Shown: positions 28,337 through 39,341, counted from the first letter of the stretch. The stretch is 64,000 nucleotides of DNA from Rudaea sp. (GCA_039935035.1 JBDTLA010000025.1:8272-72271), one strand, 5' to 3'. Numbers and translations: made by a program. The notes: generated by a model not told the origin, from the letters alone.

Positions 28337-29638
28337 CTAGCGGCTGCTCAGGGCCATGCCACACGCGTTAGCGGACTCCATGAATCCTGGAAATGATGTC
28401 GCCACGTTGTCGCAATCGCGAATCCTTACTTCACCGTGGGCAACCAAACCCGCGACAGCAAAACTCATCGCGCAACGATGATCGCCTGCGGAATTGACGG
28501 TTGTACCGATCATGCCACCGCCTCGGATGACGGCACCGTCTGGGGTGTCCTGGATCTGGCTTCCCAGCGCACGCAGTCCTTGCGTCATAACAGCAATACG
28601 GTCGGACTCTTTAACCCGCAACTCGGCGGCACCCGTGATGCGCGTGGTACCTTCAGCGGCAGCCGCGGCAACGAATAGAACCGGAAATTCGTCGATCATG
28701 TCAGCCACCCATTCGGCGGCCATATTGATTCCATGCAAGTGCGCATGGCGTACTTCCAGATCGGCAACCGGTTCGGTGCCGAGTACGCGTGCGTTGGTTT
28801 CCCGGATATCCGCGCCCATTGCGCGCAACGCATGCAATAAGCCGGTGCGACGCGGATTCATGCCGACATCGCGCAACAGCAGCCGGGATCCCGGAACAAT
28901 AGTTGCGGCAACGATAAAGAACGCCGCCGAAGAGAAATCCGACGGCACGCGGATATCCGTCGCTGTGAGCCGATGTCCGCCGGTTAATTTTGCCCAACCC
29001 GGGCCGGACTCGATCGGCCAGCCGAACACGGCCAGCATACGTTCAGTGTAGTCGCGCGTCGGGTGCGGCTCACGTACGCAGGTTTCGTTGCCGGCATAAA
29101 GCCCCGCAAGCAAAACCGCAGACTTTACTTGCGCGCTCGCTACCGGCGAGTTGAAATCAATGCCATGCAGCGTTGGCGTTCCACACACCCTCAAAGGCGG
29201 TACACCAGCCTCGCCCGCCACAATCTGCGCGCCCATGCGCGACAAGGGCTCGATGATGCGACGCATTGGCCGGCGTGAAAGCGATGAGTCGCCAGTGAGT
29301 ACTGAATCGAATGCCTGGCCGACGAGAATCCCGGCGAGCAGGCGCATGCCTGTGCCGGCGTTGCCGCAGTCAATGGTATTTGTCGGCGCGCGTAAACCGT
29401 GCAGCCCAACTCCGTGGACGACGCGTCGATTCGGTTCGGGTGCGTCGATGCGCACACCCATCTGCACGAATGCCGCGGCCGTCGCGCGTGTATCTTCGCC
29501 TTCAAGGAATCCGTCGATATGCGACGTGCCGTCCGCCAACGCGCCCAGCATGATCGCCCGATGCGAAATGGATTTATCCCCGGGCACACGCAGCTCGCCC
29601 TGCACCGGTCCGGACGCGCTGCAAATCCAGTCACTCAT
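28337..29638 (-). CDS. aroA: EPSP synthase (class II)
   Basis: PGDKSISHRA, DCGNAGTGMRL, RRPMRR, SAQVKSA, RDYTERM, ELRVKESDR, DHRCAM. Confidence 0.97.
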   Translation of the reverse strand: MSDWICSASGPVQGELRVPGDKSISHRAIMLGALADGTSHIDGFLEGEDTRATAAAFVQMGVRIDAPEPNRRVVHGVGLHGLRAPTNTIDCGNAGTGMRLLAGILVGQAFDSVLTGDSSLSRRPMRRIIEPLSRMGAQIVAGEAGVPPLRVCGTPTLHGIDFNSPVASAQVKSAVLLAGLYAGNETCVREPHPTRDYTERMLAVFGWPIESGPGWAKLTGGHRLTATDIRVPSDFSSAAFFIVAATIVPGSRLLLRDVGMNPRRTGLLHALRAMGADIRETNARVLGTEPVADLEVRHAHLHGINMAAEWVADMIDEFPVLFVAAAAAEGTTRITGAAELRVKESDRIAVMTQGLRALGSQIQDTPDGAVIRGGGMIGTTVNSAGDHRCAMSFAVAGLVAHGEVRIRDCDNVATSFPGFMESANACGMALSSR

Positions 29639-30777
29639 GGCAGGCTTTCAAGCAGCCGCTGGCTTTCTTCGCGTGTGCCAACGCTGATACGCAGACAATG
29701 CGGCAATCCGTAACCGGCCATCGGTCGCACGATGACACCGCGATCAAACAATACTTTCTCGATTGAAGTAGCATTTTGACGGAAATCGACCAGCACGAAA
29801 TTGGTTTGCGACGGCAGCACATTCAATTCGCGCAAACGCAATTGATCGGTCAGCCATTCACGTTCAGCGCCGTTCCAGGACTTTGCTTGCTTGATATGGG
29901 CTTGATCGGCGAGCGCGGCTTCAGCCGCGGCCAATGCGAGTCCATTTACATTGAACGATTCGCGCAGTCTTTCGAGAATGGCGGCCACCTGGGGTGAACT
30001 GATCGCGTAGCCGATTCGCATTCCTGCCAACGCGTAGGCTTTGGAAAAGGTCCGGGTCACGATCAGGTTGGGAAAGCGTGCGCAAAATCCAAGTGCACTG
30101 GTCAATCCCGACGCGTGCACGTATTCGTGATAGGCCTCGTCCACCACGACCAGCGTCGTTGCTGGAACACGGGTGAGAAATTTTTCCAATGCGGCATCGT
30201 CGAACCAGGTGCCGGTGGGATTGTTCGGATTGGCGATATATGCAATGCGCGTGTCCGCGCGCAAAGCCTGCACCATCGCATCCAGATCATGGCCGAGCGG
30301 CATCGTGGCATGTTCACGTGGCAACGCCGGCACCTGGATCGGGTGTGCTCCGGCAGCAGCAGTTGCAATCGGAAACACCGCGAAACCGAATTCGGAAAAC
30401 ACCACCGAGGTGCTTGCATCGGCGAAGCATTGGGCAATCAACATCAATAGTTCGTGCGATCCGTTACCGAGCGTGATTTGCCCAGCTTCCACACTCAATT
30501 GCAACGCCAGTGCTGCTTTCAGCGCGCCACCATTCGGGTCGGGGTAACGCCATAGGTCCGGCAATGCTGAGGTTATGGCCGCGATCGCGCGTGGACTGGG
30601 GCCAAGCGGATTTTCGTTCGAACCCAGTTCGACCAGCACGCTACCGAAGCGCCGGCGCAGGGCGGGCAGATCGTGTCCTGGATCGTAGGCGCGCAGCGCG
30701 CGCGTGGGCGCATTGGCAAGCGTCGTGGCGTCCGCGCTCGGCAAATCGCCTTGCGATGACGCCACCCTTCGGCTCAC
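29635..30777 (-). CDS. hisC: Histidinol-phosphate/aromatic aminotransferase
   Basis: LGSNENPLG, ANPNNPTG, VDEAYHEY, RTFSKAYALAGMRIGY. GTG start inferred from the overlap with the pheA stop. Confidence 0.9.
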   Translation of the reverse strand: MSRRVASSQGDLPSADATTLANAPTRALRAYDPGHDLPALRRRFGSVLVELGSNENPLGPSPRAIAAITSALPDLWRYPDPNGGALKAALALQLSVEAGQITLGNGSHELLMLIAQCFADASTSVVFSEFGFAVFPIATAAAGAHPIQVPALPREHATMPLGHDLDAMVQALRADTRIAYIANPNNPTGTWFDDAALEKFLTRVPATTLVVVDEAYHEYVHASGLTSALGFCARFPNLIVTRTFSKAYALAGMRIGYAISSPQVAAILERLRESFNVNGLALAAAEAALADQAHIKQAKSWNGAEREWLTDQLRLRELNVLPSQTNFVLVDFRQNATSIEKVLFDRGVIVRPMAGYGLPHCLRISVGTREESQRLLESLP

Positions 30778-31880
30778 GGCACCGCCACCGGGTACGAACC
30801 CAACACCTTGATCTGCGCTGCGTGTGGCTTGAGTTCGGCGAATGCACATTTCATTGCGTCGTCTTCGACATGACCGGCCAGGTCGATGAAAAATGCATAT
30901 TCCCATTGCGCCTGATGCGACGGCCTCGATTCAATCCGGTTCATGCTGATGCCATGCCGCGCGAACGGGCTGAGCACGTTGAACAATGCACCTGGCTGAT
31001 CCTTGATGAACACCAGGGCTGAAGTTCGATCGTGCCCCGATGACGGGAAAATCTGTCGCCCCAGCACGAGAAAGCGCGTGGTGTTGTCGTCGCGATCCTC
31101 GATCGGGCTGACGATCACTTTGCGCAAACCGTATACGTGGCCTGCCGACTCGCCGGCAATAGCGGCGGCATCGTCGGCATTGCGCGCGCGCCGTGCTGCT
31201 TCGGCATTGCTTGAGACTGCAACCTTTTCAGATTTCGGCAGGTTGGCGCGCAGCCAGCCTTTGCATTGGGCAAACGATTGCGAATGAGAATAAACGCGCT
31301 CGATGTCTTCGATGCGCCCGGTACGCGAGAGCAGGAATTGACGTACGCGCAATTCCACTTCTCCACAAATCTTCAAGTTCGAGGTCAGGAACATGTCCAG
31401 GGTAATCTGGATCGTGCCCTGGCCTGAATTCTCAACCGGCACAATGCCGAAATCGGCCGCACCACTTTCCACTTCCTGAAATACTTCTTCGATGCTGGCC
31501 AACGGCAGGCCATGTGCGGAATGGCCAAAATGCTTGCGCACGGCTTGTTCGCTGAAGGTGCCTTCGGGTCCGAGATAGCCGACCTTGAGTGGTTCCTGTT
31601 GGGCCAGGCACGCGGACATGATCTCGCGAAACACACGCACCAGCACTTCATCGGAAAGTGGCCCGTCGTTGCGATCCACGACCATGCGCAACACCTGTGC
31701 CTCGCGCTCGGGCCGGTAGTAATCCACCGCTGCCTTGAGCTGACCCTTGGCCTTGCCGACCTGGCGCGCCCACCCGGCGCGTTCGGCGATCAATTGCTGG
31801 ATCGTGCGATCGATGGTGTCGATGCGCTGGCGTGCATCGGCCAATGCCGGCGACGGCGCGGAGGGTTTCTTCTTCGGCAT
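30774..31880 (-). CDS. pheA: Chorismate mutase/prephenate dehydratase (P-protein)
   Basis: AroQ N-terminus, YLGPEGTFS, VPVENS, NTTRFLV, IESRPS and an ACT domain. Confidence 0.96.
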   Translation of the reverse strand: MPKKKPSAPSPALADARQRIDTIDRTIQQLIAERAGWARQVGKAKGQLKAAVDYYRPEREAQVLRMVVDRNDGPLSDEVLVRVFREIMSACLAQQEPLKVGYLGPEGTFSEQAVRKHFGHSAHGLPLASIEEVFQEVESGAADFGIVPVENSGQGTIQITLDMFLTSNLKICGEVELRVRQFLLSRTGRIEDIERVYSHSQSFAQCKGWLRANLPKSEKVAVSSNAEAARRARNADDAAAIAGESAGHVYGLRKVIVSPIEDRDDNTTRFLVLGRQIFPSSGHDRTSALVFIKDQPGALFNVLSPFARHGISMNRIESRPSHQAQWEYAFFIDLAGHVEDDAMKCAFAELKPHAAQIKVLGSYPVAVP

Positions 31881-31893
31881 CAGTTTTGCCCTG

Positions 31894-33060
31894 TCAGTGC
31901 TTTATCGCGCGGACCGAAAGAATCCCCTCGATCTTGCCGATCGACGCAACCAGTTCGGCACTGGCCGGCGAATCCAGGTCGATCAGGGTATAGGCGATAT
32001 CGCCACGCGAGGCGTTGTGCATCTGCGCGATGTTCACTCCGGCTTCGCCCAGAACATGCGAAAGCTGACCGATCATGTTCGGGCGATTTTTGTTGGCGAT
32101 GCACAAGCGTCCAGCCCCGCTCGAGGTCATACGCGTACTTGGGAAATTCACCGAATTGTGCACATTGCCGTGCTCCAGGAAATCGCGCAGTTGGTCAACA
32201 ACCATGACCGCACAGTTTTCTTCGGCTTCGCCGGTCGATGCGCCCAGGTGTGGCAGCCCGATAACGCGAGGGTTGCCAAGCAGGTCGGTACTGGGGAAAT
32301 CGGTGACATAACGGCTGATACGCCCATTGGACAGACCCGTCAACAGTGCCGCTTCGTCGACAATTCCGTCGCGTGCGAAATTGAGCACGACCGCACCCGG
32401 GCGCGCCAATTCGAGTGCCGCCGTGCCGAAAATTCCGCGCGTGGCGTCGTTCAACGGCACGTGGAAGGTGATGTAGTCCGATGCAGAATACAATTCATTC
32501 AATGACGCGGCTTTGTCCACGTTCGACGACAGCGCCCATGCGCCGTCGATGGTCATGTGCGGATCGAACCCGAGCACCCGCATGCCAAGTGCGTGCGCGG
32601 CATTGGCGACTTTTACCCCAATTGCGCCCAGACCCACGACGCCAAGGGTTTTGCCAGCCAGTTCGCTGCCAACGAAACGTTTCTTCTCGGCCTCGACGCT
32701 TTTGTGCAAGTCCGCGCTCGCGCCCAACCCGCCCACGAACGACAGTGCATCGCCAAGATTGCGCGCGGCCATGAGCATGCCGGCCACGACCAGTTCCTTG
32801 ACTGCATTGGCATTGGCACCGGGCGCATTGAACACCGGTACGCCACGCAGGCTCAATTCGGCGACCGGAATATTGTTGACCCCCGCGCCTGCGCGCGCGA
32901 CCGCCTTGATCGAGGTCGCCAACGGTTTTGCGTGCATGTCAGCGGAACGCACCAGCACCGCGTCGGGCTGTGCAACTTCGTTGCCCACTTCGTACTGGTC
33001 GTCTGGCAGGCGCTCAAGCCCGTTGCTGGAAATACTATTCAGGGTTTGAATCTTGAACAT
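31894..33060 (-). CDS. serA: D-3-phosphoglycerate dehydrogenase (C-terminal ACT domain)
   Basis: ARAGAGVNNI, PGANANAVKE, GLGAIG, NFARDG, PHLGAST, NRPNMIGQ. Directly downstream of serC. Confidence 0.9.
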   Translation of the reverse strand: MFKIQTLNSISSNGLERLPDDQYEVGNEVAQPDAVLVRSADMHAKPLATSIKAVARAGAGVNNIPVAELSLRGVPVFNAPGANANAVKELVVAGMLMAARNLGDALSFVGGLGASADLHKSVEAEKKRFVGSELAGKTLGVVGLGAIGVKVANAAHALGMRVLGFDPHMTIDGAWALSSNVDKAASLNELYSASDYITFHVPLNDATRGIFGTAALELARPGAVVLNFARDGIVDEAALLTGLSNGRISRYVTDFPSTDLLGNPRVIGLPHLGASTGEAEENCAVMVVDQLRDFLEHGNVHNSVNFPSTRMTSSGAGRLCIANKNRPNMIGQLSHVLGEAGVNIAQMHNASRGDIAYTLIDLDSPASAELVASIGKIEGILSVRAIKH

Positions 33061-33123
33061 ACATAAATGCCTTGGTCACAAATCTTGCAGATGCACTATT
33101 GCGCGATACGCAATCAATGCGCC

Positions 33124-34206
33124 TCAGCCATTGCGCTGTGCGAAATCACGCATGAAATCCACCAGCGCCTGCACGCCTTCCAGCGGCATGGCGTTGTATA
33201 GCGAGGCACGCATTCCGCCAATGGCGCGATGCCCCTTGAGCGCAAGCAGCCCGGCTGCCTGCGACTGCTGGAGAAACAGCGCGTCCAACTCCGGACGCGG
33301 CAGCGTGAACGGCACGTTCATTCTCGATCGTGCCGGTTTTTCGACCGGATTGGCGTAATAACCCGAGTCATCGATATAGCCGTAGAGCAATTCAGCCTTG
33401 GCGCGATTGCGCTGGCCAATTGCCGGCATGCCGCCTTCAGCCAACAGCCATTTGAACACCAAACCAGCCAGATACCAGCCAAACGTATTGGGCGTATTCA
33501 GCATCGATCCGGCCGCTGCATGTTCGGCGTAATTGAAAATCTTCGGCAGCTCCTTCGGACAGCGCTCGAGCAAGTCTTCGCGCACGATCATCACAACCAG
33601 GCCGGACGCGCCGATGTTCTTCTGCGCCCCAGCGTAGACCACACCAAATTTCGAAACGTCAATCGGGCACGACAGGATGTCCGACGACATGTCCGCGACC
33701 AATGGTGCGTCGCCTACATCAGGAACCTCGTGGAATTCAACGCCGTGAATCGTTTCGTTCGGCGTGTAATGCAAATACGCCGCATCGGCAGTGAGCTGCC
33801 AGGATTGGCGCGATGGGATCGCAGTATATTTTCCGTCGACACCGCTGGCCACGACTTTCACATGGGTCAATGGTATGGCTTCTTTAACCGCCTTTTCGCC
33901 CCAATGACCCGTCACAACAAAATCGACCACTTGCTCGCGGCGCGCAAAATTCATGGGGATCTGGGCAAAGTGCTGAGTGGCTCCGCCCTGTAAAAAGAGT
34001 ACTTTATAATTTTGTGGAATTTGCAGCAATTTGCGCAGATCTTGTTCCGACTCTTCGGCCATCGCGATGAAGTCTTTGCCACGATGGCTGATTTCCATAA
34101 CCGAAGCGCGCGCGTTGCCCCATTCGAGCAACTCGGCTTGTGCGGTGCGCAGAACTGATTCCGGAAGCGCCGCAGGCCCGGCGCTGAAGTTATAGGCTCG
34201 ACTCAT
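33124..34206 (-). CDS. serC: Phosphoserine aminotransferase
   Basis: NFSAGPAALP, SVMEISHR, QGGAT, NETIHG, DMSS, GAQKNIG, GHRAIGGMRASLYNA. Confidence 0.97.
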   Translation of the reverse strand: MSRAYNFSAGPAALPESVLRTAQAELLEWGNARASVMEISHRGKDFIAMAEESEQDLRKLLQIPQNYKVLFLQGGATQHFAQIPMNFARREQVVDFVVTGHWGEKAVKEAIPLTHVKVVASGVDGKYTAIPSRQSWQLTADAAYLHYTPNETIHGVEFHEVPDVGDAPLVADMSSDILSCPIDVSKFGVVYAGAQKNIGASGLVVMIVREDLLERCPKELPKIFNYAEHAAAGSMLNTPNTFGWYLAGLVFKWLLAEGGMPAIGQRNRAKAELLYGYIDDSGYYANPVEKPARSRMNVPFTLPRPELDALFLQQSQAAGLLALKGHRAIGGMRASLYNAMPLEGVQALVDFMRDFAQRNG

Positions 34207-34249
34207 TTAAGAACTCCGAAGGGAGTCCCATTATGCCGCAGCGCAGCAA

Positions 34250-37200
34250 TTAGGCAACAGCACCGGATTCCGGCCGTTTGCCAGGTACAACTCCGGACTC
34301 CAGCATCGCTTCGAACTGATCTTGCGGCACTGCCGGCGAGTAAAGAAATCCCTGTGCCGTACTGCAGCCGGCTTCAAGCAGTCGCTTTGCCTGCTCCTGG
34401 GTTTCCACGCCTTCGGCAATGAGCCCTAAACCCAGATCCTTGGCAAGACCGACAATTGTGCGCACGATCGCGCCATGACGTGGATTGGTTGTCATGTCTC
34501 GGATAAAGCTGCGATCGATTTTCAATGCATCGAAAGGCGATGTCGCAAACGAATCCAGAGAAGAATAGCCGGTGCCGAAATCGTCCACGACCAGCGATAC
34601 GCCAAGGTCTTTCAATGCATTCAACGTGGTCGCGGCTTCGCTGCGCCCGCGTCGGAATACGGTTTCGGTAATCTCCAGGGCGAGTGTGGATGCATCGATC
34701 CCGGTACGTTGCAGAACGCCACGCAAATTGCCGATGAGCTCCGGCTCCGCGAACTGGCGTTCGTCGATGTTCACGCTTGCACGCAAACGCGCGTGCGTCG
34801 GATAGCGACGCTGCCAGCGCAGCAGGTTTCGGCAGGTGTGTTCCAATATCCACCAATCCAGCGCCAGCAGCGTACCGGTTTCCTCGGCGACCGTCAGGAA
34901 GTCGTCCGGCATCAACAGTCCGCGCTGTGGATGCTGCCAACGAACCAGTGCTTCGCAACCTTGCAGGCGACCGCTGCGCAAATCGACGATCGGTTGAAAG
35001 TGGGCCCGAAATTCACCGCGCTCCAGGGCAAACCGCAATTCAGTTTCGATCTTCAAGCGCGCACGAGCCGCGGTATGCATGGCATCGTCGAAAATCACAT
35101 ACGCCGATTTACCACTCGCTTTGGCGCGATACATCGCGGTATCCGCATCGCGCAGAATCTGGTTCGGCGTCTGATAATCGGGATGGCCAAGCACGACGCC
35201 CACGCTGGCACCAGAAAATATGCGATGACCGTCGATCTCGAACGACCCGGCCAGCAGCGTCAGTACACGCTGCGCAAGCTGTTCGGCGTGTGCGGGCGTG
35301 CAGGCTCCATGCGGCAGCAACGTAAATTCATCGCCGCCATATCGCGCCACCAGGCAATGTCCGCCCAGATTCGAACGCAAGGTATCCGCAATCTGCACCA
35401 GCAGTTGATCGCCACTGGCGTGACCCAGACTGTCGTTGACCAGCTTGAACCCATCCAGATCCAGGAACAGCACCGCGTATTCGTGGCCGACGAGCGCACG
35501 CGTCTCGCTCATGGTCCTGGCCAATTGCTGTTCGAAAGAAATGCGGTTGGGTAATCCGGTCAACAGGTCATGACTGGCGTTGTGTTCCAACTCACGCTGG
35601 AATCGATTGTGTTCGGTCACGTCGCGAATCGTACCGGTGGTGTAGCGCTTTCCATCGCGATGGACCGTTCCTGCGCTGACGACAACTTCGATGCGGGATG
35701 TGTCCTTGCGCAGCAAGGTTACCGAGTAGTTCCCTTTGGCTGGCCCGCCAACATGGCGACCTTCGTAGCGATTTTCCTGCTGCGCCTGGGACTCTGGCGG
35801 CACCAGTATTCGAAAATCCGCGCCGGTCAATTCCTGTTCGGTATATCCGAACATGGCAGCGAAGGCCTGGTTGACGTACGAATATCGATCATCGAGCATC
35901 AGGTAAACGCCGGCTTGGCTGTGTTCAACCAAGGTGCGGTAGCGGGCTTCGGATTCCTGCAAGGCCAATTCTGCTTGACGTCGAGCGCTGATATCCTGCG
36001 CAGAACCCTCAACCCATTGCAGCGCGCCATCGGTATCGCGAATAGCCTGCGCCCGCACTTCCGCGAGCAAGATCGAGCCATCGACGCGGCGCGCTTCGAA
36101 TTCGAATGTCAGCGCGGAATCTCCGGCCGCCAGTTGGGCCAATACCGAATCGCGCGTCGATGGATCAGCATAGAATTCCCCGATCTTTTTTCCAGATGCG
36201 ATCAGCTCGTTCGCACTGGCATAACCGAGAATGCGGGCAAATGCATCGTTGGCGGCCGCGATGTGCCCGCTTGGCAGGCTGCGAAACATGCCCGCGACCG
36301 AATTCTGGAACAGTTCGCGATACGTGCGCTCGGCTTGTTCCAGCGCATCGCGTTGACGTTGTTCTTCGGTGATGTCGCGCGCCGTTCCAATACTGGCGAC
36401 TTCACCCTCGTAATTCACGGCACCCGCATGCACATGCAAAAGGCGCGGCGTACCATCCTTGCGCAACATGGTGACGTTGTAGCTTTGCACGTCGTACGAC
36501 CCGTCGAATCTTTCCTTGCGTCGCGCGCTTTGGGCAGCCAGCGATTCCGGTGTGATCAATTGCATGTATGGCGTGCCGATCAATTCCTTGGCAGTGTAAT
36601 CGAGTGTGGCGGCCATGGCTTCGTTCATGAATCCCACGGTGCCGTCGTGGCGGATCAGGAATACCCCATCGTGACTGTTGTCCACCAGCGTGCGGTACAT
36701 CGTCTCGGACTGGAGCAGACGAGCCTCGGCTTCGATCTCCGCGCTGATATCAGCAATGGACCCTTCGAAAAACAGCATGTTTCCATGGTCGTCGTGCACC
36801 GCGCGAGTGCTTTCCACGATCCATGCCATAGTCCCGTCGCGCTTCCGAATGCGCAGGCGCTCGTTCACGAAACGCCCCTGTTGCGTCAGCGTGGCATACA
36901 ACCGATCGATTTCTTGCGCATCGACATACAAAACACCGGCACGCGCGCCAGCGGTTTCCGTCAACATTTGTGCCGGTGAGTCGTAGCCGAATATTTGCGC
37001 CAGCGCCGGATTGACGTCAATCCAACCGCCGCCAGGCAGGCTGCGATAGAGTCCTTCTGCCGCGGCCATGAACAGCGCGCGATAACTGCCGCGATCCGTA
37101 ATTGCGCGCTTGTCGACCGAACTGGCTTCACCCACTTGCTGAAAGATCGCCAGCACGTAGTGACGCGACTCATACTCGAATCGTTCGCAGCACAAACGCG

Positions 37201-37480
37201 CCGAAAGTTCATCACCGTTACGGCACCGAAACACAACCGGCATGTCGCTTACGCGTTGCTCGCCACGCAGCTCCGCCCAAATTTCCGCGCGAGTCTCCAG
37301 GTTGGCCCAAAAATCCAATTCAACGGATCGGCGACCCAGCAGTTCCTCGCGCGGCAGACCGAAAACTCTTGCCAGTTCCGGATTGACATCCACGAGGCGA
37401 CCGTCGCTGGCGTCGAGGACGGCAACGAGGCTCGAAGAGAAACGAAATATGCTGGCGAGGTTCATTTTCCCCTTCTTCAC
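34250..37480 (-). CDS. Diguanylate cyclase/phosphodiesterase with five PAS domains plus GGDEF and EAL
   Basis: Five PAS repeats (several ending DIS/DIT/DVT), HDLLTGLPNR, intact YGGDEF, EALVRW and DDFGTGYSSL. The start may be the ATG at 37465. Confidence 0.93.
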   Translation of the reverse strand: MKKGKMNLASIFRFSSSLVAVLDASDGRLVDVNPELARVFGLPREELLGRRSVELDFWANLETRAEIWAELRGEQRVSDMPVVFRCRNGDELSARLCCERFEYESRHYVLAIFQQVGEASSVDKRAITDRGSYRALFMAAAEGLYRSLPGGGWIDVNPALAQIFGYDSPAQMLTETAGARAGVLYVDAQEIDRLYATLTQQGRFVNERLRIRKRDGTMAWIVESTRAVHDDHGNMLFFEGSIADISAEIEAEARLLQSETMYRTLVDNSHDGVFLIRHDGTVGFMNEAMAATLDYTAKELIGTPYMQLITPESLAAQSARRKERFDGSYDVQSYNVTMLRKDGTPRLLHVHAGAVNYEGEVASIGTARDITEEQRQRDALEQAERTYRELFQNSVAGMFRSLPSGHIAAANDAFARILGYASANELIASGKKIGEFYADPSTRDSVLAQLAAGDSALTFEFEARRVDGSILLAEVRAQAIRDTDGALQWVEGSAQDISARRQAELALQESEARYRTLVEHSQAGVYLMLDDRYSYVNQAFAAMFGYTEQELTGADFRILVPPESQAQQENRYEGRHVGGPAKGNYSVTLLRKDTSRIEVVVSAGTVHRDGKRYTTGTIRDVTEHNRFQRELEHNASHDLLTGLPNRISFEQQLARTMSETRALVGHEYAVLFLDLDGFKLVNDSLGHASGDQLLVQIADTLRSNLGGHCLVARYGGDEFTLLPHGACTPAHAEQLAQRVLTLLAGSFEIDGHRIFSGASVGVVLGHPDYQTPNQILRDADTAMYRAKASGKSAYVIFDDAMHTAARARLKIETELRFALERGEFRAHFQPIVDLRSGRLQGCEALVRWQHPQRGLLMPDDFLTVAEETGTLLALDWWILEHTCRNLLRWQRRYPTHARLRASVNIDERQFAEPELIGNLRGVLQRTGIDASTLALEITETVFRRGRSEAATTLNALKDLGVSLVVDDFGTGYSSLDSFATSPFDALKIDRSFIRDMTTNPRHGAIVRTIVGLAKDLGLGLIAEGVETQEQAKRLLEAGCSTAQGFLYSPAVPQDQFEAMLESGVVPGKRPESGAVA

Positions 37481-37642
37481 CGGCAGTTGACTCTTAGCGG
37501 CAGATTATAGACCTGCGGTGTGTCATGCATGTCAAGACTGGAAGGATTGCATCACTATTCCGGTCTTGAGCTTGCGCCGAGCGAAAGGTTCGACGACGAA
37601 GACACGAACCACCCGCAAATCCTTGCCCTGCTGGAGGCCAAC

Positions 37643-38635
37643 ATGCGAGTGCCATCCGAAAAAAATCCGCCGCCCTCGACCATCACACCCGAATCACTTT
37701 ACCGGCGGCGGCGCGAAGTGCTGAAGATGTTGGGGCTTGGCGCAGTTGGACTTGCCACCGGATGCCACAGTCATGCGGCCCCACCGGCCGCGGAAGCGAC
37801 GAAGATCGAAGCGATACCCGGCGCGCCCCTCACCATCGCACACAAACTCGACGATGCTGGTGATGAAACGCAAACGCGCTACAAGGACGCGACGCATTAC
37901 AACAATTTCTACGAGTTCGGCACCGGCAAAGGCGATCCTTCAGCCAACTCGAGAGAGTTTCATCCAAAGCCGTGGAGCGTCGAAATCGCCGGCCACGCCG
38001 AAAGGACCGGGCATTTCAGCCTCGAAGACATTCTCAAGCCTCACCCGCTGGAAGAACGCATTTACCGCATGCGCTGCGTGGAGGCCTGGTCGATGGTGAT
38101 TCCATGGGTGGGAATTCCTCTCGCCAATTTGTTGAAACGATTCAAACCGACATCCCAGGCAAGATATGTAGCCTTCACCACCGTCAATCGGCCCGGCGAG
38201 ATGCCCGGCCTGCGCCGCCCGGTGCTGGATTGGCCCTATCGTGAAGGCCTGCGCATCGACGAAGCCATGCATCCGCTGACACTCATGGTCGTCGGCATGT
38301 ACGGGCATGTTCTGCCGAATCAGAACGGTGCGCCGTTGCGCTTGATCGTTCCGTGGAAATACGGATTCAAGGGCATCAAATCGATCGTTAAAATCGAATT
38401 CGTCGAAACCCAGCCAATTACAACCTGGAACCAGTCCGGGCCGGATGAGTACGGATTCTATTCAAACGTGAACCCTGCCGTGGATCACCCGCGCTGGAGC
38501 CAGAAAACCGAACGCCGCATCGCCGGCGACGGATTTAATTTGTTCGGCAACCGCATCGCAACCAAACCGTTCAACGGTTATGCCGATCAGGTGGCCAGCC
38601 TGTATGCGGGCATTGATCTGCGCAAGAACTTCTGA
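37643..38635 (+). CDS. msrP: Methionine sulfoxide reductase catalytic subunit
   Basis: GGAGG RBS, Tat-like [57 protein letters not shown]. Confidence 0.95.
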   Translation: MRVPSEKNPPPSTITPESLYRRRREVLKMLGLGAVGLATGCHSHAAPPAAEATKIEAIPGAPLTIAHKLDDAGDETQTRYKDATHYNNFYEFGTGKGDPSANSREFHPKPWSVEIAGHAERTGHFSLEDILKPHPLEERIYRMRCVEAWSMVIPWVGIPLANLLKRFKPTSQARYVAFTTVNRPGEMPGLRRPVLDWPYREGLRIDEAMHPLTLMVVGMYGHVLPNQNGAPLRLIVPWKYGFKGIKSIVKIEFVETQPITTWNQSGPDEYGFYSNVNPAVDHPRWSQKTERRIAGDGFNLFGNRIATKPFNGYADQVASLYAGIDLRKNF

Positions 38636-39309
38636 TGGGATTCGCCAAAACGTCGTTGTTCCGCGACGCCATTGCGGCCAGCAAACCCTTGGTGTTCTTG
38701 CTGTGCCTGCTGCCGCTGGCGCATCTTGGCTGGGATGTCTGGCACAACACGCTGGGCACCGATCCGGTAGCGCAACTTGAGCACCGCAGCGGTGATTGGT
38801 CGCTGCGCCTGTTGCTTGCAACGCTTGCGATCACGCCACTACGCAAGCTCAGCGGCTGGAACAAGATCATTCGCTATCGACGCATGCTCGGTCTGTTCGC
38901 TTTTTTCTACATCAGCACACACCTGAGCATTTATCTCGTGATCGACCTCGGCGGATTCTGGTCGCAACTACTCAGCGAAATCATCAAGCGACCCTACATC
39001 ACCGTAGGATTTGCTGCATGGTTATTGCTGATTCCATTGGCCATAACCTCAACCAAGGCGATGATGCGTCGCCTCGGTCGGCGCTGGCAGCAATTGCATC
39101 GACTGGTTTACGTCGCCGCGCTGCTTGGGGTCTTGCACTTCATGTGGCTGGTCAAGGCCGACAAGCGCGAGCCGGCCATTTATCTGGCCATTCTGATCGT
39201 GTTGATGCTGTGGCGATTGCCCCAGCTGATGCCGCTGATCAGGAATTCGCACCGCACCGCGCCTGCACGACAGCAGCGGCAAACTGCGGGGTTATCCAAC
39301 GAACGATAA
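38635..39309 (+). CDS. msrQ: Methionine sulfoxide reductase heme-binding subunit
   Basis: RRMLGLFAFFY...H, KRPYITVG, PLAITS, WQQLHRLVY, LHF. 1-nt overlap with msrP. Confidence 0.95.
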   Translation: MGFAKTSLFRDAIAASKPLVFLLCLLPLAHLGWDVWHNTLGTDPVAQLEHRSGDWSLRLLLATLAITPLRKLSGWNKIIRYRRMLGLFAFFYISTHLSIYLVIDLGGFWSQLLSEIIKRPYITVGFAAWLLLIPLAITSTKAMMRRLGRRWQQLHRLVYVAALLGVLHFMWLVKADKREPAIYLAILIVLMLWRLPQLMPLIRNSHRTAPARQQRQTAGLSNER

Positions 39310-39341
39310 GTCTGCCCGCGCGAGGCGCTGCGTGTCGAACG

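Noticed and set aside
37520-37642. Extra N-terminal segment on MsrP
   Set aside because: A GGAGG RBS precedes the ATG at 37643, and the Tat-type leader needs to be near the N-terminus.
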